Positions 42,701 through 56,900 are shown, numbered from the stretch's first letter. The stretch is 64,000 bases of DNA from Pavona decussata (GCA_977016875.1 CDRNST010000331.1:1364001-1428000); one strand, 5' to 3'. Program-made: numbers and translations. The notes: generated by a model from the sequence alone, not told the origin.

Positions 42701-45700
42701 ACGGCGCTTATGATCATGATCGTTATGTCGCTAGTGGGAACCAAGCCTAAGAGCACCTGTGTTCACACGACAACAGCCCCGTTATTTGTATAAGCATAAA
42801 GTAAACTTTTTTAGGGTAACAGAGGTCAAGATTTATAGAGCGGTTTTCAATGGAGTGGTGTAAAACTAAAACCAAAGTTATCACTCTAACCAATTACAGC
42901 CGACGTTAAGAACACAATGAACCAATCAGGACTCGAAGCAAACACACGTAACTGGCGCCAAGCGCGGGAAACGCGTGTGTAAGGCAGGATTGGTTTTGGT
43001 TTTGGTTCTGATTGGATGAAAAATTGGAACGAGTTTTGCTAACCAATCAGAGCACAGTTAAGCAAAACCAAAGCAAGCAAAGGAAAGTACTTTTGACAAA
43101 TACTAAAATACTACGCAATAATAGTAATAATCAAAGATTAGGGAGTACGTTCGATCCCAGTCTCTCTTTCCTTTGCCAACTTGGTGATGATGTCATCCGC
43201 CCCTGCAAAATCTGCGGGGGATGCCAGATACGCGACCCCAAGATCCATTCATTTATTCGTTGATCGATTGATTGTCCCGTAGAATCACGATTCCAAAGAG
43301 CAATTTGGAGATAATTATTTCTCGTCGCACGTAGTTTTTGGCTCTCGATTGCTATGGGTGACCATTGATTTCAGCTGTGCCCTCATCAACTATTAAGCGT
43401 AGTCTAAACCTTAATTTATTTCTATGCAATTTACGGTAGAGCTGTCTGTTTTAGCACTAACATGTGTGTTCTCTGTTTATCAAAAAAGCCCCAGAATCTC
43501 AAGCCGAACTGGGGCGTGATCTGGGGTATGACCATCTTCATGTTAGTGTGCATCATCATGCTCGTTATTGCTGTCATCATCTGGCGCCCTAAGAGCATTG
43601 GACGATACCCTATCCGAGCACTAAGGCCCAAATACACAGCGCTTGGAGCGCCCATACCGGTTGTACCAATTCCAGGTGGGTATTGTCATGGCGATTTTGC
43701 TGTATGTTGCTCAAAACTGCTCAACTATTTGACGTAGAGCCTCTCTTCTAACATGAAATTGCTCTTACAGCACTGGGGAGAAAATATGAAATGACTTTTC
43801 CGAGATAGAATAGACTATAATCAGTATTTAGCAATTTTTTCAAAATACTCAGAAGGAAGTTGAAAAAAAATGGCTAATTTTTTTCAAGTTGCAATCCATT
43901 TCCATCCTTGCCATCTGCAGACAAAAATGATTGGTACTAGTTTCTGTGCACTAGTAGGGTTATTGTTAACAATACTGAACCATTATTTTAATATTCCAAT
44001 CAATACAAATATGTTTTTCGCTCTTCATAGGTGACACCAAAACTAGGCGACACTGCTTCTTTAAGTAATGTGGCCCTGAATTTGCAGTAATCAAATGATG
44101 TGAAACAAAATATGTCGAAGCAGTGTGCACCGAAGCATAGTTGAATAGGCAAAGAGAGACCTACAAAAAAAATATGTAGGCTTGAACGGGATTGGAAGCC
44201 AATGAGCCCATGACCCTTTACGTTTACATCTATTATATTTTAGTATAAATCTACTAGTGTTCTATCACGAATGCGGTTCTCTGATTGGCTACGCTGTGAT
44301 AGATAGTGAGTAGCGGTTTTCAACAAAATGGCGGCCACTTCATCACGTTTTCGAAGTGTCTGCGATGAAGATATAGATAATTTACTTGTTTAGTTTTGCA
44401 CGACTTGTAGGTTTATACTAAAACAATAAGATTATTAGCTCTCGATTCCTATCGCGTGATAGCTGATTCGGGCTGCGCCCTCATCAGCTATCACGCGATA
44501 GAAATGGAGAGCGAATAATCTAATTGTTAAATATTGTTTACAGGTATTGATGATCACGTGTACGATCTGGGTCCTCGAGGGTCCCCAGAGGGGGCCTCAT
44601 TTGACTCCCCAAACGTTCGTTTTGAACTGGAGAACTTCAACGTGCGTACATTGTACGATAAGCTTGAGGATCAGACCCTCCATGTGTCATCACAGCTCGC
44701 GCGCCATCAAGCAGACCTAAGAGCGTTTTACGATCGAATCAGCCAACAAGCTGAGAAGCTCAAGGGAATGCTTGACAGTATGGATGTATCTGCACTCATT
44801 AAAGCAACGAAAGAGGCAGGAAGAGCTAGAGGAAGTGAGGTATGGTGGTCTAGGACCGATTCTGTGAATTCAGGGGAGGGTGGTGGTGGGGGGGGGGGGG
44901 GGGGGTTGAAACAGAGGATGTAAATCTGGTAGAAAGTTGACGGACGCACAGCAAAAACTGTGTTCGTGATAGGGTTAGGCTCTGTTTCTAGCCGTTTTGT
45001 TATGCCTGAAGTTTTACCGCCTAGACAAACTGCTTAGCTAAATGGGTTTAAATTGAGCGTTTGTTAGGACTAGAAGCAGTAACAATATCATACGGTAGTA
45101 AACGACATAGGAAGTGGAAGTGCAAAGGTGTGAGTATAATACAGTACAGTATTTGAAAGAATTGTAGAAAGTAAGATCAGAATATCTGGTAGAGAATTGG
45201 AATTTAAACACTTGATCTGGAACGAAAATTATCACACGTCAAACACACGATGAGAAAGGAAATGGGCGATAGCTCCAACTTACAAAAATGAAATGATACT
45301 GCATGGAAAACTTATGGTCCTTTACCTTGCAGGGTGGTTCCTCTGAAGAGCACCAAGAAAGCGGCGTAGGTGAACCTAGTAAGAGATATGGTATGACCGC
45401 CGGCGGACAGGTCAGAGAAGAGGAACTTATGGCGAGTCTGCAGATGTTGCTGGAGAAAGTCGAGAAAGGACAATTCGCTATGGGGCCTGGTGAGAGCAAG
45501 ATATGTTTAGCAACAATGTGAAGTTTTGTTGAGATCTGCTTCGAAGTCAAAGAAATATAGAAATTTGAATTTTCCGGTACTTACAAAGAAATGTTTGCGG
45601 GCGGGCTGCCACTCCCCGCTCTATAACTTTGTAAAAATTTCATCTTTTTTCATAAATCTATATTTCCTCAAGCTAAGATCAGATCTCTACGAATGTTCAT

Positions 45701-47955
45701 CTTTTGGGTAAAGTCAGTATGGCGAATTCACTTCTGAACTCGTATTCAGCTGCATCAATAAAATTGCGACGCTAACCACGAACTGTTTAATCAATCGCAA
45801 CATTAGCAAACACGTGAGAGCAAATCATGGTTGGTTATGGATGTACTTCTAATTCGTTGGTAAAAGGGGCGCAATCACAGCACAAAAAGTTGCGAAAAAT
45901 GCAGATGAAGCAACCTTGGATGCTTTTGGCACGCAGGTGAAAACTGCCTTTACGGATGAAAGTTGACTGACCAACTGACTGATGGTCGAACGGACGGAAT
46001 ACTGAATAAACACTGACTGAATAACTCATTGACACATTGTCTGTCTGTCGTTTTGCCATTTGGGGGATTAATCTTCTCTGCTGACNNNNNNNNNNNNNNN
46101 NNNNNNNNNNNNNNNNNNNNNNNNNNNNNNNNNNNNNNNNNNNNNNNNNNNNNNNNNNNNNNNNNNNNNNNNNNNNNNNNNNNNNNNNNNNNNNNNNNNN
46201 NNNNNNNNNNNNNNNNNNNNNNNNNNNNNNNNNNNNNNNNNNNNNNNNNNNNNNNNNNNNNNTTAGTGGTAAATTCGACTTTGTTCATCCCTTAACCTTT
46301 TTTTTTTGTAGGCGTGGTTTCAGGCACAAACATCACCCTTCCAAGCTCGAACGTGGTAGTTATGGGTGGAGGACCTGCTGCATCCATGACAACTGTCACT
46401 CAGCCAGCCGCTGGCCAGACCGTAGTTGAGGTACACGCAGGTGAGGCTCCCGGCATGCAGTGGCAGGTCCAAGGAACCAGTGATGTCAGTGAGTTCTTAC
46501 GCAAAATGAACGCAGAGCGCATGCACCTTGAGCAGCAGATTGGGCGAGAGGAAGAGACCGCTGTACATAAGCTGCTGAAAGAACAAGTAAGGCTCAGAAA
46601 TTTTAGCAGAACACGGAGATTGGTTACGGGATTTCATCAGAAGTTTTTTGAAATTATTCACTCGGATATATTTAGCCTAACAGTGTTGATTGCACACTCG
46701 ATTAACTGACGAAAATTGGAAATTCCAAGTTTGTTGATGGCTAACTACTGAGATTTTGGTGACATTCGTCAGGGATTACATTTCCACTGCCCCAGATCAC
46801 GCGTCCGCAATTCAACTGAAACCTTATAACACGGGCAAATTGATTTTGCATTGAATTGCTGAAAGTGGTTCCAGTATTTTGTTTTTAGCTGTTCCATATC
46901 TTTTATAAGCAAAAACACGGAGCAGTGCATTAAAACACAGTAACTTACTTAGCTGCAAAACTGGTTAACAAAGAAAACAGGAAAGAAGTAACGGTTTACA
47001 GTGTTCCATGATTTAAAAGAAATAGATAGATGCATGATGATCCAGTCAAACCTCGTTATTACGGACACCAAGGGGATAGGAATAAGTGTCCTTATTATAA
47101 AGGTGTCCGTTGTAGAGAAGGAGGCTTTGTATGGATTTAGGTCTCTCAGGGACGAAGTGAACTGTCCGTAATAGAGAGGTGTCCGTATTATAGAAGTGTC
47201 CGTAAGGAGAGGTTCCACTGTACTGGTAAAGGCAAAACTAAGGGTGCTTTCCATTTTCGCCAATGGAGTGTACCGATTTGAAGGATAAGTTTTACCGTAG
47301 ACCTTCAGATTTCTTCAAAATAGCCCGTACCATTTTGGTAGTGATTATTTTTTAAGATTTTGCAGAGTACCATCCCTTCAAAATGATGCATTCGATTTAC
47401 AGACTGGCTGGCCTGGTCTGCCAGTTCTGGAAAATGGAAAACGCCCTAAAGTAGATATTTTTTGGTTAATAGGAAGAAAAACGCGCCGAGGAGATGAAGA
47501 AACTGGCAGAGACATTAGCGGACAAACTATCGGCAGGAGATTTGAGCGAGGATGAAATGAAAACGATTATGGATGATCACGATCGACAAGTGGCTCAGTT
47601 GGAAGGTGTATTAGCAGCGGAGAAAGACAGGCAAATGGCTGCACTCCGAGAAAAATTGAGACGACGAAGAGAAGAAAAAGAAGCCGCCTTGCTTAGGAAA
47701 CAGAAAGAAGAGGTAAACACAGACTTTCTAGTCTTCTCGGATAAGAACGATAAACCGTAGGTCCTGTCTCGTAACACTTGTTCGTAATTGTCTGTGGGAC
47801 ATAAAAGAACCCACACACTGTTCGAAAAGAGTAGGGGCCGTAGTCCAGGTGTGGTGGTCTTTCTCTGTCTCTGATTTCATCTGGCTTTCACATTCATGCG
47901 TGGGTTGAGTGGGTGGGTGAGATCAAAATATTAATTAATTAATTAATTAACTAAT

Positions 47956-47986
<31 letters not shown>

Positions 47987-50900
47987 TTTTGTTAGCTCCG
48001 CCAACAGACAATACGTTACAATAATGATCAACAACTTACAGAATAAAATAAGAACTCAAAATGGCAGGGAACCCGCCACTGATAGCGGACGGACTGCCAG
48101 GCTGAAAATATATGAACTACTTTCCCACTTCCGGGGCTAACCATTGTCGTTCTCGTTCAAAAGGCTGAGAAATCAAACATTCGTCTTGATGATGTACCAC
48201 CGCTGGTCAGTGCAGATACAATACTGAAGACTCAAGAAGGCTTTCAGGATGTCATTGTGAAGGAGGAGACAACTGGGCAGGCACGAGCAGAAGAACAACT
48301 CTCCAATGAACAAGCAGAAGCCTACCGCCGGCAGATGGGAGACAAGTTCTGTGCTATGGTGGTAAGGAGCTTCTTATACAACTCTTTATTGCGTGGTAAA
48401 AATGGACTGTTTCATCTTGAGATTCAAAAGCTAGAACCGCCTTGCACAGGAAAATAAGTAGCACCACAGGAAAGTACTGCTCAGTAGCTTTCATTTGAAT
48501 GGTCACACTTTAGGATTTCATCCACAGACTCAAAAGTAAGAACCATTTTGTACAGCATATAAACAGCATCACAGGAAAGTACTGCTCAGTAGCTTTCATT
48601 TGAATGGTCACACGTTCATCCACCGTCTTAGGGTTAAACCCGTTTTTCTTGTTTTATACCAGGATGACCTTGTAACATCCGGGTCTCTATACGCTGATCA
48701 AGCGGAACAAATCAAGCGAGAGCAAATGGAATTGGAGGAGAAGATGTCACGTGATCTGGCTCAGCAGCGCGCCCAGCAGACAGCGCTGCTAAAGGAAAAG
48801 CTTGCGCAGAGGAGGAGAGAGCGAATGAAGAAGCTGAAAGAACAGCAGGAGCTGGAAAAAGCCAAGGTAAAATACACAGTTCTTTACGTCATGAAAGGTT
48901 ATAGGTACTTTCATGTCTTAGCAACGTTTGAGCAGCTGTTGAGTGAACTCGAACACAATAGCCAAATAAGAATCTGCAAACAGGGGATTCTTACAGGAGC
49001 TGCCGGTCTCATTGTTTTCTTGCGCTCAAGATGGCAAGGATTTAGTGAATTAAGAGAAAATTAGAGTTTTCGTGTAGATGTACATTAGAACTACGGGGAG
49101 CAGGGATGGCGCAGTGGTGAGAGCACTCGCCTCCCATTAATGTGGCCCGGGTTCGATTCCCGGAGTTGACGCCATATCTGGGTTGAGTTTGTTGTTGGTT
49201 CTCGTCCCTGCTCCGAGGGTTTGTCTCCGGGTACTCCGGCTTTCCTTCCTCCACAAAAACCAACATTTCCAAATTCTAATTCAACCAGGAAACAGTGGAC
49301 GAATAACCACTCTGTGGATGTGCCACTGAAATTCCCATTTATTTATTTATTTTTATTTATTATTTATTTATAGACGTGGTTTTGAATGTCGACAATGTAG
49401 AGAGACGTGACAACAATTTTCATGTAACTGGTCACGTAATGTTGTCACGCATCAGATTCTGAACTTGTCACATAATTCTTGCAGGTCATCAGCGAGGGTG
49501 GTGACGTAGAAGCGTTACTGAAGCAGCAGGAGCAAGAGACAGCTGCTCTTGAAGCCAGTTTTGAGGCAGAGGAGGCACGCCACACGGCAGAGATTGTCAA
49601 GAAACTCAACGAAGAACACATGGACAATGTTCAACAAGCTCACAGGGCTTTGCTGGAGAAGGTGCGTTTGTTTGAAACGATCTGACTTTAGAATGATGTA
49701 TTATTCAGTGAGTGGGACAGGCAAACTCGGAAAAATGAAATCCGAGTTCTCCCAACAAGAGTCAAACCTAAGACCTTCCGATTACTAGTTCGGATGCTCT
49801 ACCACTGAGCTACAGGAGACTTGTGGGAGCTAGGGCCATTAAACTAGGTTCATGGGACAAACATCCAGTATACTGGTATTATCTGAATGTGAACGTGTCG
49901 CATAGGCGTAATGGAATAAATGTGATGGAATATTTTTAGCGTACAATTGATGATAATTTCTGTGCTTAAGCTATTCATCTCACACTTACAACCCAAGAGG
50001 CGTGTTTTTACGGTGGTTGTTGGCTCTGTCCTTCCTTTGATTTTGTAGTTTCGTGTCAGTAGTAAAACTAAAAGAGGCAACTGCTTATCAAGTCTGCTTC
50101 GGTTCAATTTCAGTTCACCAAAGACAATCTTGATGCAGTTCTGCAGCAGCAGATAATGGATCAGTTTAGAAAGGATAACGAAGCTCTTCAAGATCACCTG
50201 GAACAACGAAAGCTAAAATCTCTGGAAGATACCAAGGTAATAACCAGGATTGTATTCTACGTGGTGCCGTGACTATTTCTGATTTGTCTGTAAGGGTCAC
50301 ACCTCTTTGGAAAGTTTTACGAAAATTCCCTTTCACCGGTAAAACCTGTTTGGTTTCTTCTTTGTTACAGGCCAAACTTGCTGCTCGGCGGGCAAGGCGA
50401 CAAGAGGAGGTGCGCCGACAGTCAGAAGAGTCAGCTGCTAAGCGGATACTCGAAGAACAGAGCCAGGCCATCGCGGCCAACAGGCCAGTGGATGCAGATC
50501 ACGTCATTGTTCCTGACGTCATTATTCCGCGTGAAACGTCAGAAGAAGAGGTTGGAGCTTGTTATTTTCGTCTTTGTACGATTTAGTTCACTTCAGTTCA
50601 TATTCAAGACAACACGAATAAGATCCTACTCACTGTCCCTTGTAATTCCGAAAATTGTAATTGCATTGCTACATGAATTCTATTTTTAGCAAATCGGGAG
50701 CATGCTCGTCGTCTCACGAGGCGAAATTTGTCTGATTTTTTTTTTTTTTTTTTTTTTTTACCTTTTTCTAATTTGCTTTCACATTTTATAAGATTTTTCT
50801 TCGTTGGGGGCTGCTTACATGGGAGGAGGAAGACCCTAGAACTAGGAAGATCTTACAAGGCGGATCATGCTAGCGCCATAGGTTTTCCGTATTTAGTGTA

Positions 50901-53900
50901 CATGCAAAAGGTTGCACTTGGCTCTAGCTGAGAGACAGGAAGATCCTAGCACCATGTAAACTACCTTCGCTCAGAAGGTCCTAGCACTAGGGCCAAAAAA
51001 AAACATGGCGGCGTCCAGGCATTCAGCTTCTTAAGGCCGACAATTTCGTCTGAAAGTTCTGCATGTAAACAAAACGAAAAATGTTTTCGCCTTCTAGGAT
51101 ATTCCTCCCTCCATGCAAACAGCCCCTTAATTTGTGGAAGTACGATTATTCATGATTCTATTTGTGTTCAGTTTTATTCTCAGCTTGAAAATGTAATCTA
51201 CTTGTCAATTGCAGGCACTACGCAACGAACAGGAGCGGACATTAGCTGACATGCGCGAGAGACATGAACAAGACACCCACAAGATGAACGAGAAACTAGA
51301 ACGTGAATTGGTGGCAGACGAGGAACAAGCTGTCGAGCTGTTGGAAGCAGAGAAAGGACGACGACTCAGAGAGTTGAAGGACAGACACGCGGCAGAACTC
51401 GCGGCAAGATCAAAGGATATGTCGCCAGAGGAGGTGCAACAGGTAAAATGATCACGTGACTAGCGTTTTCCCGCCCTTGTGGTGGGCTGGTTTCTTTCTC
51501 TTCACGGGTGAAGCCTGGTGACTACCTTACGGGACATTTTCGCAACATCAAATTTTTGCGTTGGTTGCGCGAGGTTTTTCAAACCGCGATAACTTTAAGC
51601 TGCAAGTCGCTTATTTAATCGAAAATTTCATCAAATTCTAAAAAAATACTGTAGTTGTGATTTCGAAAAACAAAAGCTCCCATTTGACTTGACTGCGACC
51701 AGTCAGACTGGTAGGCTGGTTTAGTGATCACGGTTTTCTCACGCCGCACATAATCTGTTTTCAGCTTTTGGCCACTCATCAGCAAGAGCTGGATGAAATC
51801 ATGGAGAAGATGGATGCAGAAAGGCAACGACAGCAAGCTAATCTTCGTCAAAAGCTCCTAGAGAGAAAGAAACGGAAGCAAGACGCACAGAAACGAAAAC
51901 AAGAACGAGAGATGGCCAAGGAACTACTGGAGCAGCAGAAGGAGCTCACTGAAGTGCGCTCTGAGCACGTGAGTAACATTACTATTGCACGTGAAGATCT
52001 CAAAAAAGGCACGTGGCACTGGTGAAATACTGTAAAATAAAGAAATGGCGATTTATTAGGTCGGTAATCAAATGGAATGATTCTTTTGTGGAAGAGAGTT
52101 TTTGCTGGAACAACACCTTTCTAACGGCAAGGGGCACGCCTTAAAAGTGTTGCTGAAGCGTAGGAGAAATTTGATAGGAAATGTGCGAAATATTTATATC
52201 ACTAAGAAAAAATACGTGTCTTTTGTTTGTTGGCAGGTTAAGCAAGCTGAGAAACAAGCAATGATTGAAGGAATTAGGGAAAATGGGTCAGAAGCAGCCG
52301 AGTTTGTTATTAGAAAGGTAAGAGAGAAAATCTGTTTACTTTGAGGTGGATGTTGTTCATTAGGTCGTATTTTCCACTGGCTGAGGAACGAAATAAGTGG
52401 AAAATGTTTTCTCACATACCGCTGGAGCCTGGGTCCGAGGGGTTTTTGAGTCACGTGCTCAGTGTTATTTGTCAGTTGCTTTTTTGCTGTGCACCATTGC
52501 TGACGTATATTTCAGAGCCCCAGTTCCCACCCAACCCTTCGTTTGAGTTGATAAGATACACTCTGTTGGTTAGATATTCTTTATTAAGATTGCCAGCATA
52601 GAGTCTTACTAAGCTTATATATGTTGTTTAATATTACTGTATTTTTGCCTACATTACGTTTAATGTTAGGCTGTATTGGTTTGAGAAATAAAAGACTCAG
52701 TTGGCGGCGGTCAGCTTGACAATGGCTCCCAGAGGTGTGTGAGAATAACAATCAATTCAGTAAAGAAAATAAAGAAATGTATCTAAAACAATTTTGTTAT
52801 TGACAGGTTCTCGAGAAGCGTCACAGCCAGGAGCTTAAGGATTTAGAGCGTATGTTCCAAGAAGAGAGAAAGGTGGCAGTGGATGAAGCGCTTGCCAAGA
52901 TGGAAGAAAGACATGCACAGGAGAGCGATGAGCTACGCGCACTGAACGAGAAAGAGCTCAAAGAACTTGACAAGCAACATCTAAGCCCAGAGGACCTGCA
53001 ACAAAGACGCGCGCAGTTACTGAATCAGCAACAGCTGCGTCAAAGCGCGCTGGATAAGAAACATGCGGAACAACGGAAACAGATACAACATGATGTGCTG
53101 TCTGACTGGGAAGTGAGGTTTGCTCGCGCCAAGCTGGAACTTAAGGAGAAGCATTATCAGGTTTGTAGCTATTAAAGTTGCAAATTTCTTTTTCTCTGAG
53201 GCTTAAAGGGGCACTGTGACGACGATTTTGGTGTCGTTTGGTCAAAACGCAAATATTTGACAAGGAACCTTTTTTGTCTAACATGAATTGCTGTTCGAGC
53301 GCCGGGAAGAAAATGCTTCTGGGTTTCTCCGAACAAGAACAAACTGTAATAAGTTTTTAGCAACAACACACTGGAAAAACTTTAAAAAAAGCCGGCCATA
53401 TTTTGCAGTTGCAATCCATTTCCATCCTAGCCATCCGCAGCCAAACATAATTAATATTGTTTCTGTGCACTAATAGGGTTATTGTTAACAAATGTGGACA
53501 ATTATTTTGACGATACTATCGATTCAAGTATGTTTTAATGGCTATTCGAAGTACACAAAAAATAGGCGACACTGCCCTTTCAAGCTACGCACCCTCTCTA
53601 GAAAAATGGTTTCTCATTGACCATAGGTCATGATGGGTACTATCCTTTCAAACCTTATTAATTCCCCCACCCCTCCCCTCCCCTTTAAAAAGACCTAAGA
53701 TTTTTGTCCGGGAAAACTCGGGTTTTGCTGTAAAGACAACACCCATGCGATCCGCTCTCTCCACTAAAACAAACACACAGATTTAGACAACAGACATTGT
53801 GGATAGGGAATGTAATGAAAGCGAAACAGAATTTGGTCAATATTCACGCGTCAACGTTACAAAACTCTCGAGTTTTACCAATGACCTTACCTTTCTCCTC

Positions 53901-56900
53901 TCTCCCTCCCCTCCCTCAGGAATACGCTGATGCACTGAATGAGCTGACTCCGGAGCAGGCGGAAGAGCACAGGCGGTCGGTAGAGAAAGCTTTGGCGGCT
54001 GCGCGAGAACTTGAAGTAGTGAAACAGAAATTGGATGAACAGCGATTAGAAAACGAAGAAAAACTCAGACAGGAAAATGAAGGTTTGTTAACTTTGTGCG
54101 TTTTCTTAACACTTATCAATATCTGTAACGGGGTTAGTTTCAAAACAAACTGTGGTGCTTCGTCGGTGTGGAGTGGAGTGGAAATGAATGTTTGGTTTTC
54201 TCAAAAGAGTGGAAAAGGTAATCCAGCGACCGTAGAGATTCGAGTGTTGACGTTTCGAGCGTTAGCCCTTCGTCAGAGCGAAATCGATCCTTCGACTTGT
54301 TCGGCTTGTTTTCAAAAAATTCTAAAGTGGTTACTTTTGTTGTTTTAGCGTTTGAAACTGAACAACAGAAGAAGTTACAGAACGAACTTTCAGCCTTCGA
54401 CAAACAGCTGGAAGAAGAAGCCGAGTTGGAGCAGAAGAAGAACGAAAAGGCGATCCTCGCTTTGAACGCTCGCAAGGAAGCGCTGTTGAAAGAAAAGAAA
54501 GCCAAGGTCAAACAAGAAATGGAGAAAATGAGCAAGCAAGGGTCGTCCAAGGAAGAGCAGGAAGCCATCTTGAAAGAACACAGTAAAGACTTGGCTAAAC
54601 TGATGAACAAGATGGATGCGGACAGAATGAGAATGCAGAGCTCACTTGAGGAACGACTGAAGAAAAGACGAGAGGCTAAAAGACAGGCCAAGGTATGTTC
54701 GCTGAAGGGTAATGGCCGCTATTGAGAGTGGTCACTCGCGCTCGCATTTCTTTAAGCTTTTTGCTAGTGTCCCCGATTAGTCGAAACAGGACAGAAAAAT
54801 CCCTACGGACAGACAACAAAAGGTTTATTGTCTTAAAAAATTTAAACCATAACAATAGGCAAAGTTTGATATGTGCTCTGCGCTAAATACATTGGCACTT
54901 AAATAAAGTGATTTTTTAATATTGTTGGAACTGAAAAGTATGAGGCGCACTTAATAGTTTGTGTTGGTATCTTGTAGGTCGACGAACTGACGAACCGAAA
55001 CGAAGAAGAAAAGCGGGAATTTGAAGAGAAAGTGCAATCGGAACGCGACCGAGTACAAGCCGAAGAGGTGCTCGCCTTGAAGGAGAGCATCCATGTAGAC
55101 AACCTCGTGGCCGCTACGATCGAGTCCGAAGCTGCACCACCTCCTCCACCACGAATGATGCCGGACAGTTATCGATTAGCGGCACCATTAAGCGAAGGTG
55201 AACTAGCGTCTTTGTTGCTGTCATCACCGCTGTACCAGAAGATCGAAGGCATCAAGTCTCTGTTGAGTGGTGGTGCCGGCAAGGGTGGAGCAAACTACAG
55301 TGCTCCCGGTAAGGACTGGGACTGACTTTGTTATGTAACGTAGGGCGCGTAAAATATGGGTTTTTTTTTTTTTTTTTGCTTCATTGTCGAAGTTAAAAGT
55401 ACTGTCAACTTAAGGTTATAGTTTCCGAGGAATTTTAATATTCTTAAAAGAATGTTCGCCTAAGGGAACCTATCCGACCGAATATCAGGAGATAACAGAG
55501 ACTTTAAGCATCGACGACGGGCACGGCAACGGCGACGGAGAAACCGAGGAAAGACTGAGGAGAGGACGCGGTTGCGTCGCGAAATTGGAAGCAGTTAAGC
55601 AGGCGCAATAGGACGACAACTTCCCTCGAAGAGGATTAAATACGATGAGCGCTTTCCATTCACCAAAACTTTTCGATTTGAATTTTCGGAAATTTCGGTC
55701 TCGAATGGAACGGGCTTATGCTCGGTCGGTTTCCACTTTTCGGGAACAGCTGTTCAAAAAGGTTGTCCTACATTTTCGAAAATCTTTTGCGGAGAAGATG
55801 CTGTTCCATTCGATTCCCACCCGAAATTTTTGTAATTTTTCGTCGAATTGAAAGCACCCATCGAGTCTTCGTTAAAAGAAGTCAGAAATCGATTTTAATA
55901 ATGAAATAACCGATGAAGAATTTTTACTGCTGTTAACGAGAACGTGTTTGTCGCAGTTGCAGTTTTCCGATGTATAAACAATTCAGACCATTTGATATAT
56001 TTTTAGGTCGTAATAAAAATCACCGATATAACTAGAAATAGCAACTAGATTAACATTAATTTACTTCAAATGTTCTGCATCGAAGGCTGGGATTTCAAGA
56101 AACGCTTTAGCAGTGCGAGCACGCGTGAGAATTTCTTTATCTTTACATCTAAAAATTTGAACTGAAACCTACGATATGACACAGTGGTTTGTGGTTTGGA
56201 TGCTATTTTCGAGCAACATAGACTGTTTATTTTTCTCCAGCTTAAATGTAAATTAAAAGTTCTAGTTTGTCTTGTTTTGAATAAGAAAAAGTAATATTAC
56301 ACTGATGTTAGAGAGAAACATCGATAATTAGTGTCAGACTCGCAAGTCATTTCTAATTTTGCAGGCATCGTCACTAGTCTCACTAGCTTTCTGTCTTGTA
56401 ACAGCCGACTGATGAAGTTATTATAGTTTCGGAAAGAATAAAACAAAAACTCAACGCGTACTTTTCCTACGGTTGCCTTAAGTGCCAAGCAATATTAAAA
56501 ATATCATTTTTTGGGGGCGAAACGGAGGTAAAATATGTGAAATGCTACTCACGTTTTCGAGCAACGCCAAACGAAGCTTTCTCACGTCGGGCCCCGGAGC
56601 AGAACGTCTTGATATTTCCCGCCAGACATGCGCAATGTGACATTTGGGTTTTCCCTCACAATCTCACGTCGCCGTTGCCGTTCCCGTCGTCGATGCTTAA
56701 AGTCTCTAACGTTACCAAAGTAGGGGGGGGGGGGGGGTCGTTACCTCCATATTTAGAAGCTTCTTGCGTTTGGTACATTCGAGAATCGGAACTTTCGGGA
56801 GTTTGCAACTTTTAAATGTCTAAAACGTATACGAGTTATTTAGTTGAATTTAGATCTGTGAAAAGTAATGTATATGGCAATAACGTTCTTTTTGAACAAC

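Noticed and set aside
46086-46262. Missing exon in the gap
   Set aside because: Exons 41 and 42 are already phase-compatible; a small symmetric exon cannot be excluded but nothing supports one
49745-49825. tRNA gene (also at 36325-36405 and 49095-49165)
   Set aside because: A/B boxes are present but acceptor and T stems are poor and flanks are shared between dispersed copies, so these are SINE heads
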